Shown: positions 8,652 through 18,482, numbered from the stretch's first letter. The stretch: 64,000 bases of DNA from an uncultured Actinomycetota bacterium (GCA_964451855.1 CAYVJT010000001.1:19796-83795); one strand, 5' to 3'. The notes: a model not told the origin generated them from the sequence alone. Made by a program: numbers and translations.

Positions 8652-9902
8652 ATGCCTACCGCCCGAACCGCCCGAACCGCCCGAACCGCCTGGACCGCCT
8701 GGACGTCCCGAACCAACCGGGCCGGTCGGTCGGCTCGGGTCACCGTCCTCACCATGGCGCTCGCCCTCGTGCTCCTCGCGTGTGGCGATGCCGCGGAGCA
8801 GCCGGAGCAGGCGCTCGCCGACGGCGCGGAGGATGAGGACGCGGCTGTGGAGGAGACGGTCGACCAGGACGTGGCGGAGGACGATGGTGTGCTGGTCGTC
8901 GCGACGACCAGCATCCTCGGCGACATCGTCGAGACCCTCGTTGGGGCGGACGGCACCGTCGAGGTCATCATGCCTCCCGGTGTCGACCCCCACGGCTTCG
9001 AGCCGTCGGCGCGGGACGCCGCCACGTTGCGCGAGGCCGACCTCGTGGTCGCGAACGGCCTGATGCTGGAGGAGAACCTGCTCGCCGCCCTCGAGGCCGC
9101 GGAGGAGGACGGCGTGCGGGTCCTGCGGGTCGCCGACGAGCTGGACCCGATCGACTTCGACTGGGACGGCCCGCACGACCACGGTCACGACGACCAGGGT
9201 CACGGTGACGAGGATCACGGTCACGGTGACGAGGATCATGGCCACGGTGACGAGGATCATGGCCACGAGCACGAGGATCACGGTCACGATGAGGAGGGTC
9301 ACGGTCACGATGAGGAGGGCCACGGCCACGAGCACGACGACCACGCCCACGGGCCCGAGGACCCCCACGTCTGGTTCGATCCCGTGCGGATGGCGAGCGG
9401 TGTCGAGCTGATCGCCGCGGAGCTCGCCGCGGTCGACACCACCCTCGATGCTGGCGAGTGGGAGCAGCGGGGTGCGGAGTACGCCGACATGTTGCTGGAG
9501 CTGCACGAGGAGCTCGAGGCGATCCTGGGCGTGGTCCCCCCCGCCAACCGTCAGCTGGTCACCAACCACGATGCGCTCGGCTACCTGGCTGCCCGCTACG
9601 ACTTCGAGGTGCTGGGGACGGTGATCCCCGGTGCGTCCACCCAGGCCGAGGCGGATGCGCAGAGCTTCGCCGAGCTGATCCAGACCGTCGAGCAGTCCGG
9701 TGTCCCCGCGGTGTTCGCCGAGAACACCGACTCGACCACGCTCGCCGAGCAGCTCGCGAGCGAGGTGATCGGACGCGGCGACCTCGAGGTCGAGGTGGTC
9801 GGCATCTACACCGACGCCCTCGGTGAGGAGGGCAGCGGGGCGGAGACCTACCCTGGCCTGCTGCGAACGACCGCGACGCTGATCGCGGACGCACTCAGCT
9901 GA
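8652..9902 (+). CDS. znuA: Metal ABC transporter substrate-binding lipoprotein, ZnuA-like, with long His/Asp/Glu-rich loop
   Basis: Lipobox LVLLACG. TroA/ZnuA-type core (VVATTSILGDIV.., VDPHGFEPS, PHVWFDP, NHDALGYLA). About 60-aa HGHGDEDH-type loop. The start is uncertain (ATG 8652 or ATG 8754). Confidence 0.88.
   Translation: MPTARTARTARTAWTAWTSRTNRAGRSARVTVLTMALALVLLACGDAAEQPEQALADGAEDEDAAVEETVDQDVAEDDGVLVVATTSILGDIVETLVGADGTVEVIMPPGVDPHGFEPSARDAATLREADLVVANGLMLEENLLAALEAAEEDGVRVLRVADELDPIDFDWDGPHDHGHDDQGHGDEDHGHGDEDHGHGDEDHGHEHEDHGHDEEGHGHDEEGHGHEHDDHAHGPEDPHVWFDPVRMASGVELIAAELAAVDTTLDAGEWEQRGAEYADMLLELHEELEAILGVVPPANRQLVTNHDALGYLAARYDFEVLGTVIPGASTQAEADAQSFAELIQTVEQSGVPAVFAENTDSTTLAEQLASEVIGRGDLEVEVVGIYTDALGEEGSGAETYPGLLRTTATLIADALS
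8658..8720 (+). repeat. 9-bp tandem repeat (accgcccga x3, accgcctgg x2, then 2 degenerate units) encoding (TAR/TAW)n
   Basis: Read directly. It lies in the n-region of the znuA signal peptide, or in its 5' UTR if ATG 8754 is the start. Confidence 0.9.
9201..9347 (+). repeat. 7 x 21-bp imperfect tandem repeat encoding HGDEDHG-type heptads (ZnuA His-rich loop)
   Basis: HGDEDHG x3, HEHEDHG, HDEEGHG x2, HEHDDHA, read in frame. Confidence 0.9.
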
Positions 9903-10047
9903 TCGCGCGGACGTCGGGGTCGGCACCGCGGACCGCCGTCCGGGCGCCGACCCCGCCACTGCGCTGACCTACGCTGCGTCCGGTGAGATGCTCGCGTCCT
10001 CGAACCCCATCGTGTGAGGCCGTCTCGACCGGCGAGCGGAAGGTGCA

Positions 10048-10920
10048 GTGATGCTGGAGCTCATCACGGAGCCCTTCGCGTTCGCCTTCATGCGCAACGC
10101 CCTCTACGCGGGCCTCCTGACGGTGATCGCGAGCTCGCTCATCGGCACCTGGGTCGTGATGCGCGGCATGGCGTTCATGGGCGACGCGCTGGCGCACGGC
10201 GTGCTGCCGGGCATCGCCGTGGCGTACATCCTGGGTGGGAGCCTGATGCTCGGTGGTGCGGTGAGCGCGGTCGTGATGATCATCGGGGTCTCGATCGCGA
10301 GTGCCCGCAGCCGGCTCGGTGAGGACACGGCCATCGGCCTGCTGTTCGTCGGGATGCTCGCCGCCGGGGTCGCCATCATCTCGATGGGCGGTGCCTATGC
10401 GGGCGACCTGACCACGATCCTGTTCGGCGAGCCCCTCGGCGTGACGCGTGGGAACATCCGGACGCTGGCGATCGCCACGCTGGCCACGGCGGTGCTCACC
10501 GCAGCGCTGTACCGGCCCTTCCTGGTCCTGTCCTTCAGCCGCGCGAAGGCCCAGGTGCTCGGGCTGCGCCCGGTACTCGCGCACCTCGCGATGTTGGGGC
10601 TGATCGCGTTGGTCGTGGTCAGCTCGTTCCGCACCGTCGGGACGCTGCTGGTCTTCGCGTTCCTCGTCGCACCGCCTGCGACGGCGGCACTGATCGCGCG
10701 TCGTGTCCCGGTGATGATGGGGGTGGCGATGCTGATCGGGTTCGCCTGCGTGCTGATCGGGCTCCTGATCAGCTTCCACGTCGGCACCGCCGGCGGCGCG
10801 ACGATCGCGGGGCTGACCGTGCTGGCCTTCTTCCTCGTGCTCACCGTCAAGGAGGGGATAGGAGCGGTGCGCCAGATCCGTGACCGTCGCGCGGAGGCGG
10901 AGCCGGCGCCGGCGCGCTGA
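10048..10920 (+). CDS. znuB: Metal ABC transporter permease (ABC-3 family)
   Basis: LIGTWVVMRGMAFMGDALAHGVLPGIAVAY.., typical of ZnuB/MntB/TroCD permeases. Confidence 0.9.
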   Translation: MMLELITEPFAFAFMRNALYAGLLTVIASSLIGTWVVMRGMAFMGDALAHGVLPGIAVAYILGGSLMLGGAVSAVVMIIGVSIASARSRLGEDTAIGLLFVGMLAAGVAIISMGGAYAGDLTTILFGEPLGVTRGNIRTLAIATLATAVLTAALYRPFLVLSFSRAKAQVLGLRPVLAHLAMLGLIALVVVSSFRTVGTLLVFAFLVAPPATAALIARRVPVMMGVAMLIGFACVLIGLLISFHVGTAGGATIAGLTVLAFFLVLTVKEGIGAVRQIRDRRAEAEPAPAR

Positions 10921-10985
10921 CCGTCGCGTCGCGCGGCCCGACAGGTGGTGGCGCCGCGCGCGGCGCGCTCAGGTGCCGCCGGCGC

Positions 10986-11420
10986 TCAAGCGCACTCGGG
11001 GCAGGTGCCGACCAGCTCCAGGCGGTGGGAATCCACCTCGAAGTCGCGCTGCTCCTTGGCTTCGTCGGCGGCGCGGGACAGCGCCCGCTCGATCTGTGGA
11101 GGCAGCACGACGTCCTCCAGCCGTCCACAGATCGAGCACACGAGGTGGTGGTGATGCTCGGAGAGCTCCTCGGCGAGCTCGTACCTCGAGATGTCGTCCG
11201 TGGAGATCATCCGGTGGACGGTGCCGCACTGCTCGAGGATCGCGAGGTTGCGGTACAGCGAGCTCTGCGACTGGCCGGCACCGAGCTCGAGCAGCTCCGG
11301 GATCGTGACCGGGCGCCCGGCGTGTTCGAGCAGTTCGACCAACTGGCGGCGCCCACGGGTGTAACGCTGCCGCGTCCGGCGCAGCTGCTCGTCGACGGTG
11401 TCGTGGAGGAGGTCGTTCAT
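10986..11420 (-). CDS. zur: Fur-family metalloregulator, probably Zur
   Basis: Winged-helix N-terminus, HHHH-x-C-xx-C and C-terminal CPEC metal sites. It sits next to znuABC. Confidence 0.85.
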   Translation of the reverse strand: MNDLLHDTVDEQLRRTRQRYTRGRRQLVELLEHAGRPVTIPELLELGAGQSQSSLYRNLAILEQCGTVHRMISTDDISRYELAEELSEHHHHLVCSICGRLEDVVLPPQIERALSRAADEAKEQRDFEVDSHRLELVGTCPECA

Positions 11421-11590
11421 GGGACCATCCTAGGGCCCGTTCTCGGAACGAGCGAACCGGGCGCTGCGACGCCGCCTCGCCCGTCCTCGCGGCTCCTGCC
11501 AGGGGTTAGACTGTGGGCGTCGCGATGGCTCGCGATCGCTCCCGAACCCGTTGACGGATCCGTCCAAGCCGGTCCGCGTGCGCGCCCTCT

Positions 11591-11663
11591 GCAGCAACAT
11601 CCCGTGTAGCAACATCGCCTGTAGCCACATCCCTCTGTAGCCACATCCCTCTGTAGCCACATC
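11591..11663 (+). repeat. Five head-to-tail direct repeats G[C/T]AGC[A/C]ACATC with a 15-16 bp period
   Basis: Copies start at 11591, 11606, 11621, 11637 and 11653. The last three are GTAGCCACATCCCTCT, GTAGCCACATCCCTCT and GTAGCCACATCTTGG. The array ends at the GGAG RBS of the next gene. Confidence 0.9.
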
Positions 11664-11675
11664 TTGGAGTCGTCC

Positions 11676-12614
11676 GTGCGCTTCGCCAGCCGCTACCTCG
11701 TCGCCGCCGTGGCGGGGCTCACGCTCCTGCTCGGTGCCTGTGGTCCCGACGCGGCCAACGATCATGCGGAGGCCGCGTCCGTCGATGACCGGTCGATCTC
11801 CCGGGACGAGGTCGAGGAGCCGGTCCGTGACGCCCTCAACCACGCCGGTGCGCTCGACGGGCTGGACGCCGACGAGCGTGCCGACCTCGTCGAACCCCTG
11901 CAGCGGCAGGTCCTCGCCCTGTTGATCCAGGCCTCGGTGATCGAGGACATCGCCACCGAACGGGGCGTCGAGCCCGACGAGGCGGACCTCGAGGCGCGCT
12001 ACCAGGCGGACATCGACAGCGTCGGCGGCGAGGATGAGCTCGCGGACGCGCTGGCCCAGCAGCAGCTGTCGGTCAGCCTCTACCGCGACGTGCTGCTGCC
12101 AACGCAGCTGCGGGTCGACGCGCTCCGGGAGCTGCTGGCCGACGACATCGAGCCGGCCGAGGCCCGCGAGGCGCGGCACATCCTGGTCGAGACCGAGGAG
12201 GAGGCGCAGACCGTCCTCCAGGAGCTCGCCGGTGGTGCGGACTTCGCCGAGCTCGCGGAGGAGTGGTCCATCGACCCGGGCAGCGCCGCTCAGGGTGGCG
12301 ACCTCGGCTCGGCCCCGGTCGGCGCCTACGTCGGCCCCTTCGACGAGGCCGTCTGGACCTCCGAGATCGGTGAGGTCGTCGGTCCTATCGCCACCGACTT
12401 CGGGTTCCACATCATCGAGGTGACCGGCGAGGAGTCGATCGCCGCCGAGGACCTGGCGCCTGAACAGCGGCAGCAGCAGGCCAACCAGCTGCTCAACCAG
12501 CTGCTCGAGGATCGGTTCGCGGCCGCCGACGTCCAGGTCTCCGACCGCTTCGGCGTCTGGAACCCGGAGACGGGGGAGGTCGAGCGTGGCGAACAGGTCG
12601 GCGGGGACGAGTGA
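11676..12614 (+). CDS. Parvulin-type peptidyl-prolyl isomerase lipoprotein (PrsA/SurA-like)
   Basis: GTG 11676 follows GGAG (11666-11669) and gives a textbook lipoprotein signal, M/VRFASRYLVAAVAGLTLLLGAC. Parvulin domain: ARHILV..FAELA..SID..GGDLG..GFHIIEV. Confidence 0.82.
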   Translation: MRFASRYLVAAVAGLTLLLGACGPDAANDHAEAASVDDRSISRDEVEEPVRDALNHAGALDGLDADERADLVEPLQRQVLALLIQASVIEDIATERGVEPDEADLEARYQADIDSVGGEDELADALAQQQLSVSLYRDVLLPTQLRVDALRELLADDIEPAEAREARHILVETEEEAQTVLQELAGGADFAELAEEWSIDPGSAAQGGDLGSAPVGAYVGPFDEAVWTSEIGEVVGPIATDFGFHIIEVTGEESIAAEDLAPEQRQQQANQLLNQLLEDRFAAADVQVSDRFGVWNPETGEVERGEQVGGDE

Positions 12615-13762
12615 GCGAGGCAGGCGACGACGATCCGCGTGTCGTGCTGGTCGAGACCTCCGACGCGCTCCCCGGTCTGTTGCCGTTCCAGGCATGGGAC
12701 GCCCTCGGGGCCGCCGACGAGGTGCTGCTGCGTGATCGCGACGCGCACCCGAGCGCACCGCACCTCTACATGGCGGGTCTCGACCTGGTCGAGCTGACGC
12801 CGGCGACGTTGGACCGGGGCGATCTCGACCTGACCCGGCCCGGAGCGCCGGAGGATCGCCGCTACGCGAAGGCGCTCGTCGATCGTGCCGTGGCCGGCGA
12901 GGTCCCGGTCTACCTCCTCGGCCCGGAGGACGAGGGCCTGCCGCCCGCGCTCGCAGGGATGGCCGCCGAACGCGACCTGCGGATCGAGCTGGTCTTCCTC
13001 GCCCCCCATCCCGAAGGCACGGAGCTGCTCCGGCTGGTCGAGGTCATGCGACGTCTGCGCGATCCGGAGCACGGCTGCCCGTGGGACCTGCAGCAGGACC
13101 ACGCGTCCCTGCTCGGCTACCTCCTCGAGGAGGCCTACGAGCTCGTCGAGGCCATCGAGGGTGGCGACGACGTCGATATCGCCGAGGAGCTCGGTGATGT
13201 CCTGCTCCAGATCGTCTTCCACGCACAGGTGGCTCGTGATCGGGACGCCTTCGGTGTGGACGACGTCGCCCGCGGCATCGCGGACAAGCTCGTGCGTCGC
13301 CATCCGCACGTGTTCGCCGACGGCGCCGCGGAGACCGCCGAGGACGTCCAGGTCAGCTGGGACCAGCTCAAGGCGGAGGAGAAGTCGCGCACCGGCCCCT
13401 TCGACGGCGTTCCGCAGGTGATGGCCGGGCTCATGCTGCTCGAGAACCTCCAACGCAAGGCCGCTAAGCACGGCCTCGCCCACGCTCCCGACGCCACCTC
13501 GACCCTGCGGGAGGAGGCGGAGCGGCTCACCGAACAGAGCGATGTCGAGTCCGCCATCGGGACGTTGCTGGAGTCGACGGTGCTCGTCGCACGCGAGCTG
13601 GGTGTGGATCCCGAGTCGGCGGCACGATCGGCGGCGAGGCGGTTCCGCGAGCACGCCGAACTCGTGGTCCGCACCGCCGGCGAACGTGGCATCGACCCGC
13701 ACGAGCTCGACCCCGACGAGCGCGTTGCCCTGTGGGCGGAGGTGGCCGACGGGGACGGGTGA
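12611..13762 (+). CDS. mazG: MazG-family nucleoside triphosphate pyrophosphohydrolase with actinobacterial N-terminal extension
   Basis: GCPWDLQQDHASLLGYLLEEAYELVEAIE..ELGDVLLQIVFHA..RRHPHVF. GTGA overlap with the upstream gene. Confidence 0.88.
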   Translation: MSEAGDDDPRVVLVETSDALPGLLPFQAWDALGAADEVLLRDRDAHPSAPHLYMAGLDLVELTPATLDRGDLDLTRPGAPEDRRYAKALVDRAVAGEVPVYLLGPEDEGLPPALAGMAAERDLRIELVFLAPHPEGTELLRLVEVMRRLRDPEHGCPWDLQQDHASLLGYLLEEAYELVEAIEGGDDVDIAEELGDVLLQIVFHAQVARDRDAFGVDDVARGIADKLVRRHPHVFADGAAETAEDVQVSWDQLKAEEKSRTGPFDGVPQVMAGLMLLENLQRKAAKHGLAHAPDATSTLREEAERLTEQSDVESAIGTLLESTVLVARELGVDPESAARSAARRFREHAELVVRTAGERGIDPHELDPDERVALWAEVADGDG

Positions 13763-13765
13763 GCC

Positions 13766-14314
13766 ATGTACGTACCCGCGGAGCGCGGACTACGCTGGCG
13801 GCACGATCCTGAGCTTGGAGGATGGGTGCCCCCGAAGCAGTGCCCCTACTGTGGCCGGTTCCTGAAGAACGCCCTCGTCGAGGGTCTCGCCGAGGGAGCA
13901 CAACCGTGTCCAGGTTGTCAGGCGACGCTCACCTCGGAGCTGTTCGACGCGGCATCCGCGCCGGTCGCAGGTGCGGCATCCGCGCCGTCCGCCGACGCTG
14001 CGATCTCGGAGCCCACCGAGGGCGGTTCGGGCAGCGTCCGCCCGCCGGATCTTCGGCCGGACGAGGTCCGTGACCACGCGAGCGATGTCCTCGAGGGCTG
14101 GGACCGTGGGGTGAGCGCCGCGGAGATCGCCGGCTGGGACCACGACCACCGGTCGTTGCCGATCGACGCGGTCGTCGTGGCCGCCGGCGGCCTCGTCGGC
14201 GGGGTGGTGGGAGCCCTGCTCCTGCGCCACCGCCTCCGCGGGGCGCTCGTCGGTGGCCTGTTCGGAGCGGTCGTCGCCGCGGTCGTCCGCCAGGTCTGGC
14301 GGCTGCCCGACTGA
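13766..14314 (+). CDS. Hypothetical protein: N-terminal CxxC..CxxC zinc-ribbon, Ala/Ser-rich linker, C-terminal Gly-rich TM segment
   Basis: CPYCGRF..CPGC, then AVVVAAGGLVGGVVGALLL..GGLFGAVVAAVV. Sits in the slot between mazG and eno. Confidence 0.55.
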   Translation: MYVPAERGLRWRHDPELGGWVPPKQCPYCGRFLKNALVEGLAEGAQPCPGCQATLTSELFDAASAPVAGAASAPSADAAISEPTEGGSGSVRPPDLRPDEVRDHASDVLEGWDRGVSAAEIAGWDHDHRSLPIDAVVVAAGGLVGGVVGALLLRHRLRGALVGGLFGAVVAAVVRQVWRLPD

Positions 14315-14435
14315 AGCCTCGGCCGCGTGTTGCCGATGTGGTAGATGTTGCCAGTGCGCACGGTTGTGCCGTATGGTCACGCGCGAACCGCTGGGTGTGA
14401 TCGTTGGCTCTCGGGCCGTCCGTGCTCGACCATGA

Positions 14436-15734
<1,299 letters not shown>

Positions 15735-15741
15735 CCCGCCC

Positions 15742-16272
15742 ATGGCCGCCTCGACCGCAACGAAGCGACGACGCCCTTCGCGTCGTCCGCGCCGTGCCGG
15801 CGGTGCACGTGGTGGCTGGCTCGCCAGACCGCTGGCCACGGTGTCCGGCGCGATCGGCCGGGTGCTCGCTCCCGTTGGGCGCGCTGCCAAGGCCGCGGTC
15901 AGTGGGGACAAGCCCTACGTCGTGGCGCTGCTCGGGGTGCTCGCCCTGGCCGTCGTGCTGCTCTCGGGACCCGCGCAGAGCTACCTCGACCACCGCTCAC
16001 GCGTCGAGGTGCTCGAGCTGAAGGCCGAGGTGCTCGAGTCGGAGAACGAGCGACTGGCGGCGCGTGTCGACGCGCTCCAGGACGACGAGACGATCGAGCT
16101 GCTCGCCCGCGAACAGCAGGGGTTCATCCGCCCCGGCGAGGTGCCGTACGCCCTGGTGCCCCCCGAGGTGGTCCGTCCGCGGATCACCCAGCCCCGCGAC
16201 GGCCCGGAGCCGACCCCGGCGGAGTGGTACGAGCGGGCGTGGAGCTCGCTGCAGTCGCTGTTCGGCGGCTGA
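15742..16272 (+). CDS. ftsB: Septum-formation initiator FtsB/DivIC-family protein
   Basis: Arg-rich N-terminus, a single TM, a coiled coil (LELKAEVLESENERLAARVDALQDD) and the IELLAREQ..IRPGE motif. Confidence 0.8.
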   Translation: MAASTATKRRRPSRRPRRAGGARGGWLARPLATVSGAIGRVLAPVGRAAKAAVSGDKPYVVALLGVLALAVVLLSGPAQSYLDHRSRVEVLELKAEVLESENERLAARVDALQDDETIELLAREQQGFIRPGEVPYALVPPEVVRPRITQPRDGPEPTPAEWYERAWSSLQSLFGG

Positions 16273-16562
16273 CGGTCCACGTCGACGACGACGGGATCCC
16301 GGTAGCAGGCCCGGACGGCCACTCGATGGCCTTGCCGTGCGCCCCACGGCGCCGTACCTTGTCACGTGAAGCGGGCTCGTCGCCCGCTCGCGCCCCGCGC
16401 GCGACCTCTCGACCCTCCAGCCCCGCACGCGCGAGTTGCGCGCGCTCGCGCTCGGCGGGTTCCGAGCGGTCATCGAACGCGGGTCCTTCCAGCTGCCAGC
16501 ACCCCGGTGCGGCACCGACCACGGATCGACGTGCAGGCGCGGGCACGTGGTCCCGAGAGGAG

Positions 16563-16943
16563 TTGATCGAACTGCAAGGACAGATCGTCAAGGGCAAGGT
16601 CGTCCGGCTCGAGGAGTACGGCGCGTTCGTCGAGGTGACCCTGGAGGACGGCGAGGTGGCTACCGGCCTCGTCCACGTCTCCGAGGTCGACGCGGACTTC
16701 GTCGAGAACATCTACGCCTACCTGGCCGAAGGCGACGAGATCGATGTCAAGGTCCTCGACATCAAGGAGGACGGCAAGGTCGATCTCTCGATCAAGCGAG
16801 CGGACCCGGATTGGCAGGACGAGGAGATGCCGAACCTGCGGTCCAAGCTCGACAAGGACTTCAACAAGCGGCTGCGGCGCTTCATGCACAAGTCGCAGAT
16901 GATCCAGGGTGAGGCGCGCCGCCAGAGGCGTGGACGGGTGTGA
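16563..16943 (+). CDS. S1 RNA-binding domain protein (YabR / general stress protein 13-like); start uncertain
   Basis: GKVVRLEEYGAFVEV..GLVHVSEV..GDEIDVKVLDI..GKVDLSIK, plus a basic C-terminal tail. No ATG or GTG is in frame nearby, so TTG 16563 is proposed. Confidence 0.75.
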   Translation: MIELQGQIVKGKVVRLEEYGAFVEVTLEDGEVATGLVHVSEVDADFVENIYAYLAEGDEIDVKVLDIKEDGKVDLSIKRADPDWQDEEMPNLRSKLDKDFNKRLRRFMHKSQMIQGEARRQRRGRV

Positions 16944-16962
16944 CCCTCGCGAGGGGTCGCGG

Positions 16963-17559
16963 GTGACCTCCCGCGATCACCAGCTCGGCCCGCTCGACGA
17001 TGCCGTCGTTGTCGATCCGCACGCGTCCTACGACGCCGCGGCTGCCGCGCCGCCCGTGGACGAGCGAGGGCGTGCGATCGTGTCCGCCCAGCTCGGTCGG
17101 CCGGCGCGTGGAGCTCCGGCCGTCGTGCACACCTGCGGGTTCGGGTTGCCGACCGTGGTGCGGGTCGATCCGCGCCTGGAGGACGGCACCCCGTTCCCGA
17201 CCACCTTCTGGCTGTCGTGTCCGGTCATGCGGTCGCAGGTCGGCCGGTTGGAGGCGGACCAGGCGATGGTCGGCCTCAACCAGCGTCTGGAGGACGAGCC
17301 CGGCTTCGCTTCCGAGTACGCCGCCAGCCACGAACGCTACCTCGCCTTCCGTGAACGGCTCGGCGAGCCGTTGCCCGGCAACCCCGGCGTCGGCGGCATG
17401 CCGCGCCACATCAAGTGCCTCCACGTCCACGCGGCACACCATCTGGCCACCGGCGACAACCCGGTGGGGGCGTGGACGGTGGAGCACGCGACCCCGGCGC
17501 CGTGCCCCGCGCCGTGCGTGACCGAGGAGGACGTGCAGGCCTGGAGCGGGACGGCGTGA
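16963..17559 (+). CDS. DUF501-domain protein
   Basis: PFPTTFWLSCP..GGMPRHIKCLHVH..HLATGDNPVG. In actinobacteria this family conventionally lies between ftsB and ppx. Confidence 0.8.
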   Translation: MTSRDHQLGPLDDAVVVDPHASYDAAAAAPPVDERGRAIVSAQLGRPARGAPAVVHTCGFGLPTVVRVDPRLEDGTPFPTTFWLSCPVMRSQVGRLEADQAMVGLNQRLEDEPGFASEYAASHERYLAFRERLGEPLPGNPGVGGMPRHIKCLHVHAAHHLATGDNPVGAWTVEHATPAPCPAPCVTEEDVQAWSGTA

Positions 17560-18482
17560 ACAGCCCACGGGCGGCCGTCGACGTCGGCTCGAACTCGATC
17601 CGGCTGCTCGTCGCCGACGGTGACGGCCGTCGGCTCACCCGGGAGATGACCATCACCCGGCTCTCGGCGGGTGTGGATGCGAACGGCCACCTCGACGATG
17701 CTGCCCTCGCCCGGTCGCTGGAGACGATCGCCCGCTACCGCGACGTGTGGCGGCGGCACGGGGTCACCGACCGCGTCCGGATCGTCGCGACCTCGGCCGT
17801 GCGCGACGCCGCCGACCGGGACCGCTTCTTCGCGGGCGTGCGGGACATCGCCGGCATCGAAGCCGAGGTGATCACCGGCGAGGAGGAGGCGGCCCTGGCC
17901 TTCGCCGGTGCCGCTCGGGCCGTCGACGTGGCGAGCCCCACCGCGGTGATCGACATCGGCGGAGGCTCGACGGAGCTGATCGTCGGAGATGGTGAGGGAG
18001 CGCCCGTCGCCAGCGTCTCCCTGCAGCTCGGGTGCGTCCGGGTCACCGAACGCCACCTCGCCGACGATCCGCCGACGCCCGAGCAGGTGGCTGCGGTCCG
18101 GCTCCTGATCGAGGAGCAACTCGACCACGCCGACCACGTCCTCGCTGAGCAAGGCACCGACCTTGCCCGGGCCGCTGCGCTGGTCGGTGTCGCCGGTACC
18201 GCGACGACGATCGGTGCGCTGCACCTCGGTCTCGCGACCTACGAGGAGTCACGCATCCACGGCTGCCACGTGCCCGCCGCGCCCCTGCGGCAGCTGAGCG
18301 CGCGGCTGGCGTCGGCGACCGCAGCGCAACGGGCGGGGCTCGGTCCGATGCAACCCGGCCGCGAGGACGTGATCCACGGGGGAGCGCTGGTCCTCGAGAG
18401 CGTCGTCGACCGCTTCGGGTTCGACGGTGTGGTGGTCAGCGAGGCCGACAACCTCGATGGGATGATCGCCTCGCTCGCCTAG
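17556..18482 (+). CDS. ppx: Ppx/GppA-family exopolyphosphatase / phosphatase
   Basis: AAVDVGSNSIRLLVA..RIVATSAVRDA..ITGEEEA..DIGGGSTEL. GTGA overlap with the DUF501 gene. Confidence 0.88.
   Translation: MNSPRAAVDVGSNSIRLLVADGDGRRLTREMTITRLSAGVDANGHLDDAALARSLETIARYRDVWRRHGVTDRVRIVATSAVRDAADRDRFFAGVRDIAGIEAEVITGEEEAALAFAGAARAVDVASPTAVIDIGGGSTELIVGDGEGAPVASVSLQLGCVRVTERHLADDPPTPEQVAAVRLLIEEQLDHADHVLAEQGTDLARAAALVGVAGTATTIGALHLGLATYEESRIHGCHVPAAPLRQLSARLASATAAQRAGLGPMQPGREDVIHGGALVLESVVDRFGFDGVVVSEADNLDGMIASLA

Noticed and set aside
11591-11663. Considered whether the 15-16 bp direct repeats are a miniature CRISPR array.
   Set aside because: The repeats are contiguous with no unique spacers and are far shorter than CRISPR repeats. 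No cas genes occur anywhere in the window.
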